Shown here: one piece after another, positions 9,757-18,675 of the stretch
Numbering within the stretch: the stretch's first letter is position 1
Layout: each line of letters opens with the position of its first letter
NCBI GenBank assembly: GCA_964484135.1
Contig: CAZAEL010000001.1
Span: 64-64,063, forward strand
Direction: 5' to 3'
Length of the DNA: 64,000 bases
From: an uncultured Elusimicrobia bacterium
GTDB taxonomy: Bacteria; Elusimicrobiota; Elusimicrobia; FEN-1173
Made by a program: the position numbers and the translations under genes
Notes under the pieces: model-generated
What the model was told of the DNA's origin: nothing
The model's input: only the letters and a program-made list of their open reading frames with translations
Databases searched by the model: none

Positions 9757-11091
9757 ATGCAGTCCTTCGGGGACATCTTTAAAATCCCGGAGCTCCGCCG
9801 CCGCGTGCTCATCACGCTCGGGGTCCTGGCGGTTTACCGCGTGGGCGCGGCCATCCCCATCCCCGGCATCAACGCCGAAGCCCTGCGTCAGCTTTTTGCC
9901 CAGCAGTCCAACACGCTCCTGGGGTTCCTGGACATCTTTTCAGGCGGCGCCCTGGGGCGCCTTTCGATCTTTTCCATGGGCATCATGCCCTACATCAACT
10001 CGTCCATCATCATGAGCCTGCTCCAGGGGGCCCACGTGATCCCCTATCTGGACCACTTGGCGAAGGAAGGCGAGCTGGGCCGCAAGAAGCTCAACCAGAT
10101 CACCCGCTATTTCACGCTGCTGTTGGGCCTCATCCAGTCCTTCGGGTTGACCACGCTCATCATGCGCATTCCGCTTCCGGGGGACGTGCCGGTGGTCCGC
10201 GACCCCAACGCGCTGTTCGTGTTCGTCACGGTCCTGACCCTCACCACGGGCACGATCTTCGTGATGTGGCTGGGGGAGCAGATCACGGAACTGGGCATCG
10301 GCAACGGGATCTCCCTGATCATCTTCGCCGGCATCGTGGAAGGTCTGCCGCGGGCGGTGAAGAACATGGTCGTGGACGTTTTCCAGCTTCAACAGAGGTC
10401 CCTGTTCGGCGCGGCGCTCCTTGTGGCCCTGGTGGTGGTGGTGATGGGCCTGGTGGTGTGGGTGGAGACGGGCCAGCGGAAGATCCCGGTGCAGTACGCC
10501 AAGCGGGTGGTGGGCCGCCGCATGTACGGCGGGGCCAGCACGTTCCTGCCGCTGAAGGTGGACCAGTCCGGCGTGATCGCGGTGATTTTCGCCGTCTCCC
10601 TGTTGTCCGTGCCGGTGACCATCGCCTCCTTTTCCCCGAACGCGGGGTGGGCCGGCAAGGTCACGCAATGGTTCAACAACGGGGTCTGGTGGTACGAGCT
10701 GCTGTACGCGGGGCTGATCATCTTCTTCTGTTACTTTTACAATTCCGTCCAGTTCAACCCCACGGACTTGGCGGAGAACCTCAAGAAGTGGGGCGGGTTC
10801 GTCCCGGGCATCCGGCCCGGCGAGCCCACCGCCAACTACATCCAGAAGGTGCTTGAGCGCATCACGTTGGGCGGGGCTCTTTTCGTGGCGGCGCTGGCCG
10901 TGTTGCCGGATTACCTGCGCCGCGGGTTGAACGCGCCCTTTTTCTTCGGCGGCACCTCCATCCTGATCGTGGTGGGCGTGGCCCTTGACACGATGGGGCA
11001 GGTGGAGTCCCATCTGATCATGCGCCATTACGACGGTTTCCTCAAACAGGGCCGGATCAAAGGGCGATGGTTCAACGTGGGGGCGTCCTGA
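9757..11091 (+). CDS. secY: Preprotein translocase subunit SecY
   Basis: The 444 aa multi-pass membrane protein shows the SecY pattern and follows rplO. Confidence 0.93.
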   Translation: MQSFGDIFKIPELRRRVLITLGVLAVYRVGAAIPIPGINAEALRQLFAQQSNTLLGFLDIFSGGALGRLSIFSMGIMPYINSSIIMSLLQGAHVIPYLDHLAKEGELGRKKLNQITRYFTLLLGLIQSFGLTTLIMRIPLPGDVPVVRDPNALFVFVTVLTLTTGTIFVMWLGEQITELGIGNGISLIIFAGIVEGLPRAVKNMVVDVFQLQQRSLFGAALLVALVVVVMGLVVWVETGQRKIPVQYAKRVVGRRMYGGASTFLPLKVDQSGVIAVIFAVSLLSVPVTIASFSPNAGWAGKVTQWFNNGVWWYELLYAGLIIFFCYFYNSVQFNPTDLAENLKKWGGFVPGIRPGEPTANYIQKVLERITLGGALFVAALAVLPDYLRRGLNAPFFFGGTSILIVVGVALDTMGQVESHLIMRHYDGFLKQGRIKGRWFNVGAS

Positions 11092-11092
11092 C

Positions 11093-11746
11093 GTGAACGT
11101 CATCCTGTTGGGGGCGCCGGGGTCCGGAAAAGGCACGCAGGCGGTGAAACTGGCGGCCCGCCACAAGATGCCCCATGTTTCCACCGGGGACATTTTCCGG
11201 GAAGAGATTTCCAAGAAGTCCGATCTGGGAACGCAGGTCTCGGAATACGTCAAATCGGGACGCCTGGTGCCGGACGAGCTCACGGTGGCGATCATCTCCA
11301 AACGCCTCGGTCAGCCGGACTGTCAGACGGGTTTTCTGTTGGACGGTTTCCCCCGCACCGTGTCCCAGGCGGAGTCGCTGGATGCGTACTTGTCGTCTTC
11401 CCGCCGGAAGTTGGACGCGGTGGTCTATCTGGCGCTGGCGGAGGAAGAGGTGGTGCGCCGCCTCTCCGGCCGGCGGCATTGCGAGAAGTGCGGAAAAATT
11501 TACAATTTGGCGTCCCAGCCGCCCCGGCGCCCGGACCTTTGCGACGTGGACGACGGCAAGTTGTTGCAGCGGGAGGACGACCGGCCGGAAACGGTCCGCA
11601 AGCGCCTCATGGTTTTCAACGATTTGACACAGCCCCTGATTTCCTATTACCGGGCGGCCGGCATTTTGAAAACCGTGAACGGGGAGGGAAAGGTGGAGGC
11701 GGTGTCCCAGGCCGTGTTCGGCGTCTTGGACGGGCTGTCCGCGTGA
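11093..11746 (+). CDS. adk: Adenylate kinase
   Basis: The product has the GAPGSGKGTQ P-loop and a lid with CEKCG...CD. Confidence 0.93.
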   Translation: MNVILLGAPGSGKGTQAVKLAARHKMPHVSTGDIFREEISKKSDLGTQVSEYVKSGRLVPDELTVAIISKRLGQPDCQTGFLLDGFPRTVSQAESLDAYLSSSRRKLDAVVYLALAEEEVVRRLSGRRHCEKCGKIYNLASQPPRRPDLCDVDDGKLLQREDDRPETVRKRLMVFNDLTQPLISYYRAAGILKTVNGEGKVEAVSQAVFGVLDGLSA

Positions 11747-12513
11747 CCACCTCCACGGGCCGCCGGATCGAACTGAAGTCGGAAAAAGATTTGGAGCGCA
11801 TGCGCCGGGCCGGCCGGCTGGCCGGCCAGGTGTTGAGGGAAGTGTCGCGGGCCGTGGCGCCGGGCGTGAACACCAAGGCTTTGGACGTTTTGGCGGAAAA
11901 ATGGATCCGCGCGGCGGGCGCGGTCCCCACTTTCCTGGGTTACAGGGGTTACACGGCCTGCATCTGCGCCTCCGTCAACGAAGAGGTGGTGCACAGCATC
12001 CCCCATCCCAAGAAGGTTTTGAAAGAAGGGGACATCGTCAGCATCGACGTGGGGGTCACGTACGACGGGTTCGTGGGCGACACCGCCGCCACGTTCCCGG
12101 TCGGCAAGATTTCGCCGGAACGGCTGGCCCTTTTGGACGTTACGCGGCACTCCCTGGAAAAAGGCATCGCGGCGGCCCGCGTGGGCAACCGTCTGGGGGA
12201 CGTCTCTCACGCCATTCAGGCCCAGGCCGAGTCCCGCGGATACGGGGTTGTGCGGGACTTCGTGGGCCACGGCATCGGCCGGCAGATGCACGAGGAGCCG
12301 GCGGTTCCCAACTACGGGTCGCCCGGCACGGGGCTGCGGCTGGAGGCCGGCCTGGTGCTGGCCTTGGAGCCCATGATCACGGCGGGCGATTGGCGGGTGC
12401 GGGTGTTGGACGACGGGTGGACCGTGGTCAGCGTGGACGGGAGCCTCTCGGCCCATTTCGAGCACACGGTGGCCGTGACCGAGGACGGCCCGCAGATTTT
12501 GACGGTTCCTTAA
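11743..12513 (+). CDS. map: Methionine aminopeptidase type I
   Basis: The Map family core ([22 protein letters not shown]...[11 protein letters not shown]) is present. A GTG start at 11743 overlaps the adk stop as GTGA. The ORF-track start at 11479 would add an implausible overlap with adk. Confidence 0.85.
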   Translation: MTTSTGRRIELKSEKDLERMRRAGRLAGQVLREVSRAVAPGVNTKALDVLAEKWIRAAGAVPTFLGYRGYTACICASVNEEVVHSIPHPKKVLKEGDIVSIDVGVTYDGFVGDTAATFPVGKISPERLALLDVTRHSLEKGIAAARVGNRLGDVSHAIQAQAESRGYGVVRDFVGHGIGRQMHEEPAVPNYGSPGTGLRLEAGLVLALEPMITAGDWRVRVLDDGWTVVSVDGSLSAHFEHTVAVTEDGPQILTVP

Positions 12514-12520
12514 CCAGGAT

Positions 12521-12742
12521 ATGACCAAAGAAGAAAAAATCGAAGTGGAAGGAACGGTGCTGGAGGCGTTGCCCAACGCCATGTTCCGCCTGGAGATCGA
12601 GGGCGGGCACAGGGTTTTGGCGCACATATCGGGGAAGATGAGGATGCATTACATCAAGATTTTGCCCGGCGACAAGGTGCGTGTGGAGTTGTCGCCCTAT
12701 GACCTGACGCGCGGGCGGATCACTTACCGGGGGAAATTGTGA
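12521..12742 (+). CDS. infA: Translation initiation factor IF-1
   Basis: The 73 aa S1-like OB-fold product shows the IF-1 pattern. Confidence 0.93.
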   Translation: MTKEEKIEVEGTVLEALPNAMFRLEIEGGHRVLAHISGKMRMHYIKILPGDKVRVELSPYDLTRGRITYRGKL

Positions 12743-12852
12743 GAGTTCGGGCGTCCGTCAAGCCGCTTTGCAACAAGTGTCGGGTCATCCGCCGCCGCGG
12801 CAAGGTCTACGTGGTGTGCGCCAACCCGCGCCACAAACAGCGCCAGGGATGA
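12739..12852 (+). CDS. rpmJ: 50S ribosomal protein L36 (zinc ribbon)
   Basis: The product is 37 aa: [41 protein letters not shown] start overlaps the infA stop. The gene is below the ORF-track size cutoff. Confidence 0.85.
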   Translation: MRVRASVKPLCNKCRVIRRRGKVYVVCANPRHKQRQG

Positions 12853-12968
12853 ATAAGGTTTTCCCCTCCTTTGTAAGGAGGGGCGCGGGGAGGTAGAGCC
12901 GGTCTCTTCCCCGCCAGGCCTCCTCTGACAAGGGGGAGGATTCGAGGATATTAAGGAGAAAACCATTT
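12853..12968 (+). promoter_or_regulatory. Two GGAGG-containing hairpins in the rpmJ-rpsM spacer
   Basis: The first hairpin is ccctcctttgtaaggaggg and the second is tcctcc...ggagga. Confidence 0.3.
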
Positions 12969-13370
12969 ATGGCACGCGTTTCGGGTTTGGATCTTCCCAA
13001 GCACAAGAGAATCGACATCGCCCTGTCCTATCTTTACGGGATCGGGCGTCCCCTGGCTTCTCGCATCTGCGAGGCCACCCAGATCCGGCCGGAAACGCGG
13101 GTCAAGGATTTGACCGAAGCCGAGGTGTCGAAGCTGAACATGGAGATTTCGCGCAACCACAAGGTGGAAGGGGATCTCCGCCGCGAAGTTCAGCAGAACA
13201 TACGTCACCTGATCGAGATCGGCACTTACCGGGGCATGCGGCATCGTCGGAATCTTCCGGCCCGGGGCCAGCGCACCCGCTCCAACGCCCGTACGCGCCG
13301 GGGTCGGCGCAGGACGGTCGGTTCCGCCAAGGTCCAGGCGCCGGCGGCCGCGGCGCCCAAAGCGTCGTAA
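12969..13370 (+). CDS. rpsM: 30S ribosomal protein S13
   Basis: The 133 aa product is S13-like ([26 protein letters not shown]). Confidence 0.95.
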   Translation: MARVSGLDLPKHKRIDIALSYLYGIGRPLASRICEATQIRPETRVKDLTEAEVSKLNMEISRNHKVEGDLRREVQQNIRHLIEIGTYRGMRHRRNLPARGQRTRSNARTRRGRRRTVGSAKVQAPAAAAPKAS

Positions 13371-13396
13371 TCGTCAGAGAGAGAGGAAAAAGATTT

Positions 13397-13834
13397 ATGG
13401 CAGATCCCAAGGAAGGACAGCAGAAGGAAGCCAAAGAAGCCTCCAAGCCCGCGGCCGCCGCGAAACCCCGCAAGAAAGCCTGGCGGGACATCGCGGTCGC
13501 GCGGGTGTACATCCAGTCTTCGTTCAACAACACCATCGTGAACATCACGGATGAACGCGGCAACTGCATCGTGTGGGCCTCGGCCGGCAGCGCGGGTTTC
13601 AAGGGCACAAAGAAGGGAACGCCTTTCGCGGCGCAGATGACCGCCGACTCCGCGGCCAAGAAGGCCTTGGCCTTGGGCGTGAAACAGGTGTCCGTGTTCG
13701 TCAAAGGCCCGGGATCGGGGCGGGAGACCGCCATCCGGGCCCTGCAAGCGGCGGGCCTGGTCGTCACCCTCATCCGGGACGTCACCCCCATCCCGCACGA
13801 CGGGTGCCGGCCGCGCAAGCCCCGGCGCGTCTGA
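13397..13834 (+). CDS. rpsK: 30S ribosomal protein S11
   Basis: The 145 aa product has an S11 core with a Lys/Ala-rich N-terminus. Confidence 0.93.
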   Translation: MADPKEGQQKEAKEASKPAAAAKPRKKAWRDIAVARVYIQSSFNNTIVNITDERGNCIVWASAGSAGFKGTKKGTPFAAQMTADSAAKKALALGVKQVSVFVKGPGSGRETAIRALQAAGLVVTLIRDVTPIPHDGCRPRKPRRV

Positions 13835-13883
13835 AACTTTATTTTCGATAACCGATACAAAACGGGTATACCCAGGAGGTTTC

Positions 13884-14567
13884 GTGGCTCGATACATAGG
13901 ACCTGTGTGCAAGATTTGTCGGCGAGAAGGCGTCAAGCTTTTCCTCAAGGGGGAGCGTTGCTACGCCAAGTGCCCCATTGACAAGGAGCGGGCGGCGGTC
14001 CCCCCGGGACAGCACGGCCACCGCCGGGCCGGCAAGCCCACGGAGTACGCCAAACGCCTGCGCGAGAAGCAGAAGGCCCGGCGCCTGTCCGGCGTCCTGG
14101 AGCGGCAGTTCCGCCGCTATTTCGCGGTGGCCTCCCATCAGAAGGGGAACACCGGCGAAAACCTGTTGCGGCTCCTGGAAACGCGGCTGGACAACGTGGT
14201 GCGGCGACTGGGGTTCGCCGGGTCCTTGAGCGCGGCCCGGCAGATGGTCCTGCACGGACATGTCCTGGTCAACGACCGCCGGGTCAACATCCCGTCCTAC
14301 GCCGTCAAGCCGGGCGACCGTGTGTCCCTGGCGGATTTCCTGCGCACCAACCTGTTCGTCCTGCGGTCCCTGAACCAGGCGGCCCAGCGCGGTCTCCCGA
14401 GCTGGCTGGAGCTCGAGGGCAACCTGGGCGACGCGGTCAAGCGTTCTCAGGAGGGGGGGCTTCCGGAAGGCACGGCCCTGGCGGGGAAGGTGAAGATCTG
14501 GCCCTCCCGGGAAGAGATGTCCTTCCCGGTGAACGAGCAATTCATCGTCGAGTTGTACAGCAAGTAA
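13884..14567 (+). CDS. rpsD: 30S ribosomal protein S4 (zinc-binding N-terminus)
   Basis: The product begins ARYIGPVCKICRREG...CYAKC from a GTG start and contains an S4 domain. Confidence 0.92.
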   Translation: MARYIGPVCKICRREGVKLFLKGERCYAKCPIDKERAAVPPGQHGHRRAGKPTEYAKRLREKQKARRLSGVLERQFRRYFAVASHQKGNTGENLLRLLETRLDNVVRRLGFAGSLSAARQMVLHGHVLVNDRRVNIPSYAVKPGDRVSLADFLRTNLFVLRSLNQAAQRGLPSWLELEGNLGDAVKRSQEGGLPEGTALAGKVKIWPSREEMSFPVNEQFIVELYSK

Positions 14568-14663
14568 AGCGCAAAAAGCCAAAAACAAGCAGCGAAAAGT
14601 TTTCGGCGGTCATTGCTTTTAGCCATCCGCTTTTCGCGCATTTCCTCGATAGGAGATAGATAA

Positions 14664-15632
14664 ATGGTGACATTTGGATTGGTGATGCCTCAGAAGTTGG
14701 AGACCGATGCCGCGACCCTCACCCCGCGTTACGGGAAATTCGTCGCCGAGCCGTTCGAGCGCGGATACGGACACACGGTGGGTCATTCCATCCGCCGCAT
14801 CCTGTTGTCGTCCCTGGAAGGGGCGGCGGTGACCGCCGTGCGCATCAAAGGGGCTCAGCACGAGTTTTCCAGCCTCAAGGGAGTGCGCGAGGACGTCATC
14901 AACATCCTCCTGAACCTGAAGCAGCTCCGCGTGAAGCTTTATTCTTCCGGCCCGGAAACCCTCCGCTTGAAGATCAAAAAGGAGGGGGAGGTCAAGGCCA
15001 AGGAGATCGAGGCCAACAGCAACGTCGAGATCCTGACCCCGGACCTGGTCCTGGCGTCCGTGGACGCCGGCGGGGAACTGGACATGGAGATCGAGGTCAG
15101 CCGGGGCCGCGGGTATGTGCCGGCGGAGCGCCTCAAGCGGGAGGATCAGCCCATTCACACCATCCCCCTCGACGCCCTTTTCTCGCCGGTGACCAAGGTC
15201 CATTACGAGGTGGAGAACGCCCGCGTGGGACAGATGACGGACTACGACAAGCTGATCGTGGAAATCTGGACCGACGGTTCGGTCACCCCGGGGGACGCCC
15301 TGGCCTATGCCGCCAAGATCCTCAAGGACTCCCTTTCCACTTTCATCACCTTTGAGGAAAAAGAGGAGCCGGGCGCGATCCAGACGCCGGCGGCGGACGA
15401 GAACAGCCGCCTCAAGGACCTGTTGCAGCAATCCGTGGACATCATCGAGCTCTCGGTGCGGGCCTCCAACTGCCTCCGCGCCGCCAAGATCCGGACGATC
15501 GGAGAGTTGATCAGCAAAAAAGAGGAGGAGCTCCTCAATTTCAAAAACTTCGGCAAGAAATCCCTGGATGAAATCCGCGAGCGCCTCAAGGAGCTGGACC
15601 TCCATTTGGGGATGGAGATCAAGGGCAACTGA
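14664..15632 (+). CDS. rpoA: DNA-directed RNA polymerase subunit alpha
   Basis: The 322 aa product has the RpoA N-terminal dimerisation region and a C-terminal domain. Confidence 0.93.
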   Translation: MVTFGLVMPQKLETDAATLTPRYGKFVAEPFERGYGHTVGHSIRRILLSSLEGAAVTAVRIKGAQHEFSSLKGVREDVINILLNLKQLRVKLYSSGPETLRLKIKKEGEVKAKEIEANSNVEILTPDLVLASVDAGGELDMEIEVSRGRGYVPAERLKREDQPIHTIPLDALFSPVTKVHYEVENARVGQMTDYDKLIVEIWTDGSVTPGDALAYAAKILKDSLSTFITFEEKEEPGAIQTPAADENSRLKDLLQQSVDIIELSVRASNCLRAAKIRTIGELISKKEEELLNFKNFGKKSLDEIRERLKELDLHLGMEIKGN

Positions 15633-15723
15633 GCGGGGAAAACAATTCCCTGCGGGGATTCAAGAATAATATACAATTGAATTCGCCGACGCCGCCGATT
15701 GGCCGGCGCCGGAGGAGGAATCC

Positions 15724-16074
15724 GTGAAGACACACGCCGGACGCAAGCTGTCGAGGCCCACGGGAGCCCGTTTCGCGCTCCTTCGGAGCCTGGCCACCAG
15801 CCTGTTCCAGCATGAGCAGATCAAGACCACCCTGGCCAAGGCCAAGGAGGTTTCCCGTTTCTCGGAAAGCCTCCTCGCCGTGGCCAAACGGAAGGACCTG
15901 ACGTCCACCCGGAAGGTCTCGGCCGTCATCCCGGACCGGGAGGTCCGGCGGAAGATTTACGACGTCCTGGTGCCGCGTTATCAGGCCCGCGCCGGCGGAT
16001 GCACGCGCATCTACCGCCTGGGCCGTCGGCTCGGAGACGGCGCCGAAACGGCGCTGATCAAGCTGGTCCAGTAG
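15724..16074 (+). CDS. rplQ: 50S ribosomal protein L17
   Basis: The 116 aa product is L17-like, probably from a GTG start, and is the last gene of the alpha operon. Confidence 0.9.
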   Translation: MKTHAGRKLSRPTGARFALLRSLATSLFQHEQIKTTLAKAKEVSRFSESLLAVAKRKDLTSTRKVSAVIPDREVRRKIYDVLVPRYQARAGGCTRIYRLGRRLGDGAETALIKLVQ

Positions 16075-16201
16075 CCGGCGCTCCTTCGGGAAGGAAAATC
16101 CATGGCCCCCGCCCCGACGCCGGTCCAGAAGTCCTTCACGGCCCGTCATTCCGGGCGGGCGGCGGTTCTTCCCCGGCGCTCCCCCCTCCTGAAATCCCCC
16201 C

Positions 16202-17236
16202 GTGTTTAACTACATCTTCAGCCTTTTTTCCAACGACATGGGCATCGACCTGGGGACGGCCAACACCCTGGTCTACGTCAAGGGACAGGGCATCGTGCTG
16301 AAAGAACCGTCCGTGGTGGCCATTGAGCGCGATTCCAAGCGGGCCTTGGCCTTCGGGCTGGAAGCCAAGCGGATGCTCGGGAAAACGCCGGCCAGCATCT
16401 ACGCGGTGCGCCCTTTGCGCAACGGCGTGATCGCGGATTTCGAAGTGACGCAGGAAATGATCAAATATTTCATCCGGAAGGTGCACAACCGCCGGAGCCT
16501 TCTCCATCCGAGGGTGGTGATCGGGATTCCCTCCGGCATCACCGAGGTGGAAAAGCGGGCGGTGCGCGAGTCGGCGGAACAGGCCGGCGCCCGGGAGGTG
16601 TATTTGATCGAAGAGCCCATGGCCGCGGCCATCGGGGCCGAGATGCCGATTTCCGAGCCTTCGGGCAACATGATCGTGGACGTCGGAGGCGGCACCACGG
16701 AGGTGGCGGTCATTTCTTTGGGAGGGATGGTGGTCTCCAAGTCGCTGGATGTGGCGGGCGACGAAATGGATGAGGCCATCGTGCAATATTTTCGGCGAAA
16801 GTACAACCTGCTGGTCGGCGAGACAACGGCGGAGGACGTCAAGATCAAGATCGGAAGCGTGTTCCCTTTGCCCGAGGAGCAGACCATGGAGGTGAAGGGC
16901 CGGGATCAGGTGACGGGTTTGCCCAAGACCATCACGATCACTTCCGAGGAGATCCGACAGGCCCTGGCGGAGCCCCTGAAATTGATCATCGAGGTGGTCA
17001 AGTCCACTCTGGAGGAGACGCCCGCGGAGCTTTCCGCGGACTTGGTGGACCGGGGCATCGTCCTGGCCGGCGGGGGCAGCCTTTTGCGCGGCTTCCCCGA
17101 GCTCCTGAGCCAGGAGACGGAACTGCCCGTGACCCGGGCTTCCGATCCGCTGACCTGCGTCGCCATGGGGTGCGGCCGGTACCTGGAGGAGCTGGACAAC
17201 CTCAAGCGGGACCGCCGCCCCCTGCTTTCGTCGTAA
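16202..17236 (+). CDS. mreB: Rod shape-determining actin homolog MreB
   Basis: The 344 aa actin-fold product has GIDLGTANT and DVGGGTTE motifs. Confidence 0.93.
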   Translation: MFNYIFSLFSNDMGIDLGTANTLVYVKGQGIVLKEPSVVAIERDSKRALAFGLEAKRMLGKTPASIYAVRPLRNGVIADFEVTQEMIKYFIRKVHNRRSLLHPRVVIGIPSGITEVEKRAVRESAEQAGAREVYLIEEPMAAAIGAEMPISEPSGNMIVDVGGGTTEVAVISLGGMVVSKSLDVAGDEMDEAIVQYFRRKYNLLVGETTAEDVKIKIGSVFPLPEEQTMEVKGRDQVTGLPKTITITSEEIRQALAEPLKLIIEVVKSTLEETPAELSADLVDRGIVLAGGGSLLRGFPELLSQETELPVTRASDPLTCVAMGCGRYLEELDNLKRDRRPLLSS

Positions 17237-17347
17237 CGGCTTTTTCCCGCCGCAGCCGTTCCTCCCATCCCCGGCGTGCCGGCCCTCGATGAGGGCGCGG
17301 GACGCCGTTTCTGAGCGCGACCCGGCCTCTCCTGTAGGGAGGAACTT

Positions 17348-18172
17348 TTGCTTCAACGACATTTTTCCGCGTTTCTGCTGGTCGTTTACTCTCTTTTCTC
17401 CTTGACCTGCCTGTCCTGGTCGGCGGACTCCTTTGTCCGCACCCTCAAGCACACTTTTTTCTATCTCGTTTCTCCCGCGACGCTCCCCGTCCTTTCCCAG
17501 ATGGACCGGTGGGGGGATTTCGGCCAGAACATGGCGCGGCTCCTCCGGCTGGACCAGAGCCACCGCGATTTGGAAGCGCGGTGGCGGCAGCATCGTCTGG
17601 ACGACAAGAGGTTCCGGGCGGTGGAGAGGGAGAACGAGCGATTGACGGCTTTGTTGGGGCTCCGTCCGCGCCCCGCGCATGAGATCCTGGTCGGCCGCGT
17701 CTGGGCCTACGACGCCAACGATCGGTTCCACAGCATCTTCATCCGTCGGGGCCGGCGCGACGGCGTGCGCGTCGCGGACCCCGTGATCGCCTTCCAGGAT
17801 GGACGGGAAGTCCTCGTGGGGCAAGTGACCGACGTCTTTAACGAAACCTGCCGCGTCCTCCTCCTGACCGACCCGCTTTCGGCGGTTTCCGCCGCGATCC
17901 CCCGGACCGGGGAACAAGGGTCCGTGGAAGGGCAGGGGTCCGCGCGTCTCGTCCTGAATTACCTGTTCCCGGACAGCGACGTGCGCGTGGGGGACGAGGT
18001 GGTGACCGCCGGCCTGGGGGGCATATTCCCGGAGGGCATGGCGGTGGGATATGTGGAGTCGGTCGAAGCCGACCCCGAGACCCGGTTCAAGAAGGCTTTT
18101 TTGCGCCCCGCCGGACGCTTCAACAATTTGACCGAAGTCTGTCTCCTTCGGCGTTCTTCCCCTTCCCCATGA
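17348..18172 (+). CDS. mreC: Rod shape-determining protein MreC
   Basis: A TTG start at 17348 follows GGGAGG. The product has an N-terminal TM segment, a coiled coil and an MreC beta domain. Confidence 0.8.
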   Translation: MLQRHFSAFLLVVYSLFSLTCLSWSADSFVRTLKHTFFYLVSPATLPVLSQMDRWGDFGQNMARLLRLDQSHRDLEARWRQHRLDDKRFRAVERENERLTALLGLRPRPAHEILVGRVWAYDANDRFHSIFIRRGRRDGVRVADPVIAFQDGREVLVGQVTDVFNETCRVLLLTDPLSAVSAAIPRTGEQGSVEGQGSARLVLNYLFPDSDVRVGDEVVTAGLGGIFPEGMAVGYVESVEADPETRFKKAFLRPAGRFNNLTEVCLLRRSSPSP

Positions 18173-18675
18173 AAAACCCCTGGACCTTCGGCGCGATCAC
18201 CTTCCTGGCGGGCTGGCTCCTCCAAGTCGTTTCTTGGCGGTTCCCGTGGCCCGCGTCCGTTTCCCCCCATTTCTTGCTGCTCACGGTGTTGGCGTTGGGG
18301 AGCATGGGGCATACGGTCATGGCCCAGACCCTGGGCTTTTTTTGGGGACTTTGCCTGGATGTCTTCGGGTTGAGCCTCTTCGGGACGCAGGCCTGGCTTC
18401 TCGCCCTTGCGGGGTTCATCACCGGGCGCTTTTCCCGGCAACTCAACGGAGAGAAGTTGGCCACGCAGGAGATCTTGGCATTGGCGGGGACCGTTTTCTT
18501 CGAGGCGGGCGTGGCCCTTCTGGATTTGTTCTTCCGCGCCTCCCACGCGGCGCGGCCCTTTTTGCCCGGACGGATGGCCCTTGTCTTCGTCATGAACGCC
18601 TTGTTCGCCCCGTTCATCTTCCAGGCGTTGCGGCGCTGGACGGTTTTCCGGGGAGAGCGCATCTCCCATGATTGA
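18169..18675 (+). CDS. mreD: Rod shape-determining protein MreD
   Basis: The 168 aa polytopic membrane protein overlaps the mreC stop and sits between mreC and mrdA. Confidence 0.75.
   Translation: MKNPWTFGAITFLAGWLLQVVSWRFPWPASVSPHFLLLTVLALGSMGHTVMAQTLGFFWGLCLDVFGLSLFGTQAWLLALAGFITGRFSRQLNGEKLATQEILALAGTVFFEAGVALLDLFFRASHAARPFLPGRMALVFVMNALFAPFIFQALRRWTVFRGERISHD

Noticed and set aside
9940-11301. 453-aa minus-strand ORF antisense to secY and adk.
   Set aside because: It is a shadow ORF with a His/Arg/Gly/Pro-rich product and no independent start context.
15633-16201. Possible terminator hairpins after rpoA (around 15640) and after rplQ (gcccgtcattccgggc around 16150).
   Set aside because: The stems are short or imperfect and lack a convincing downstream U-tract. 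They are noted as weak candidates only.
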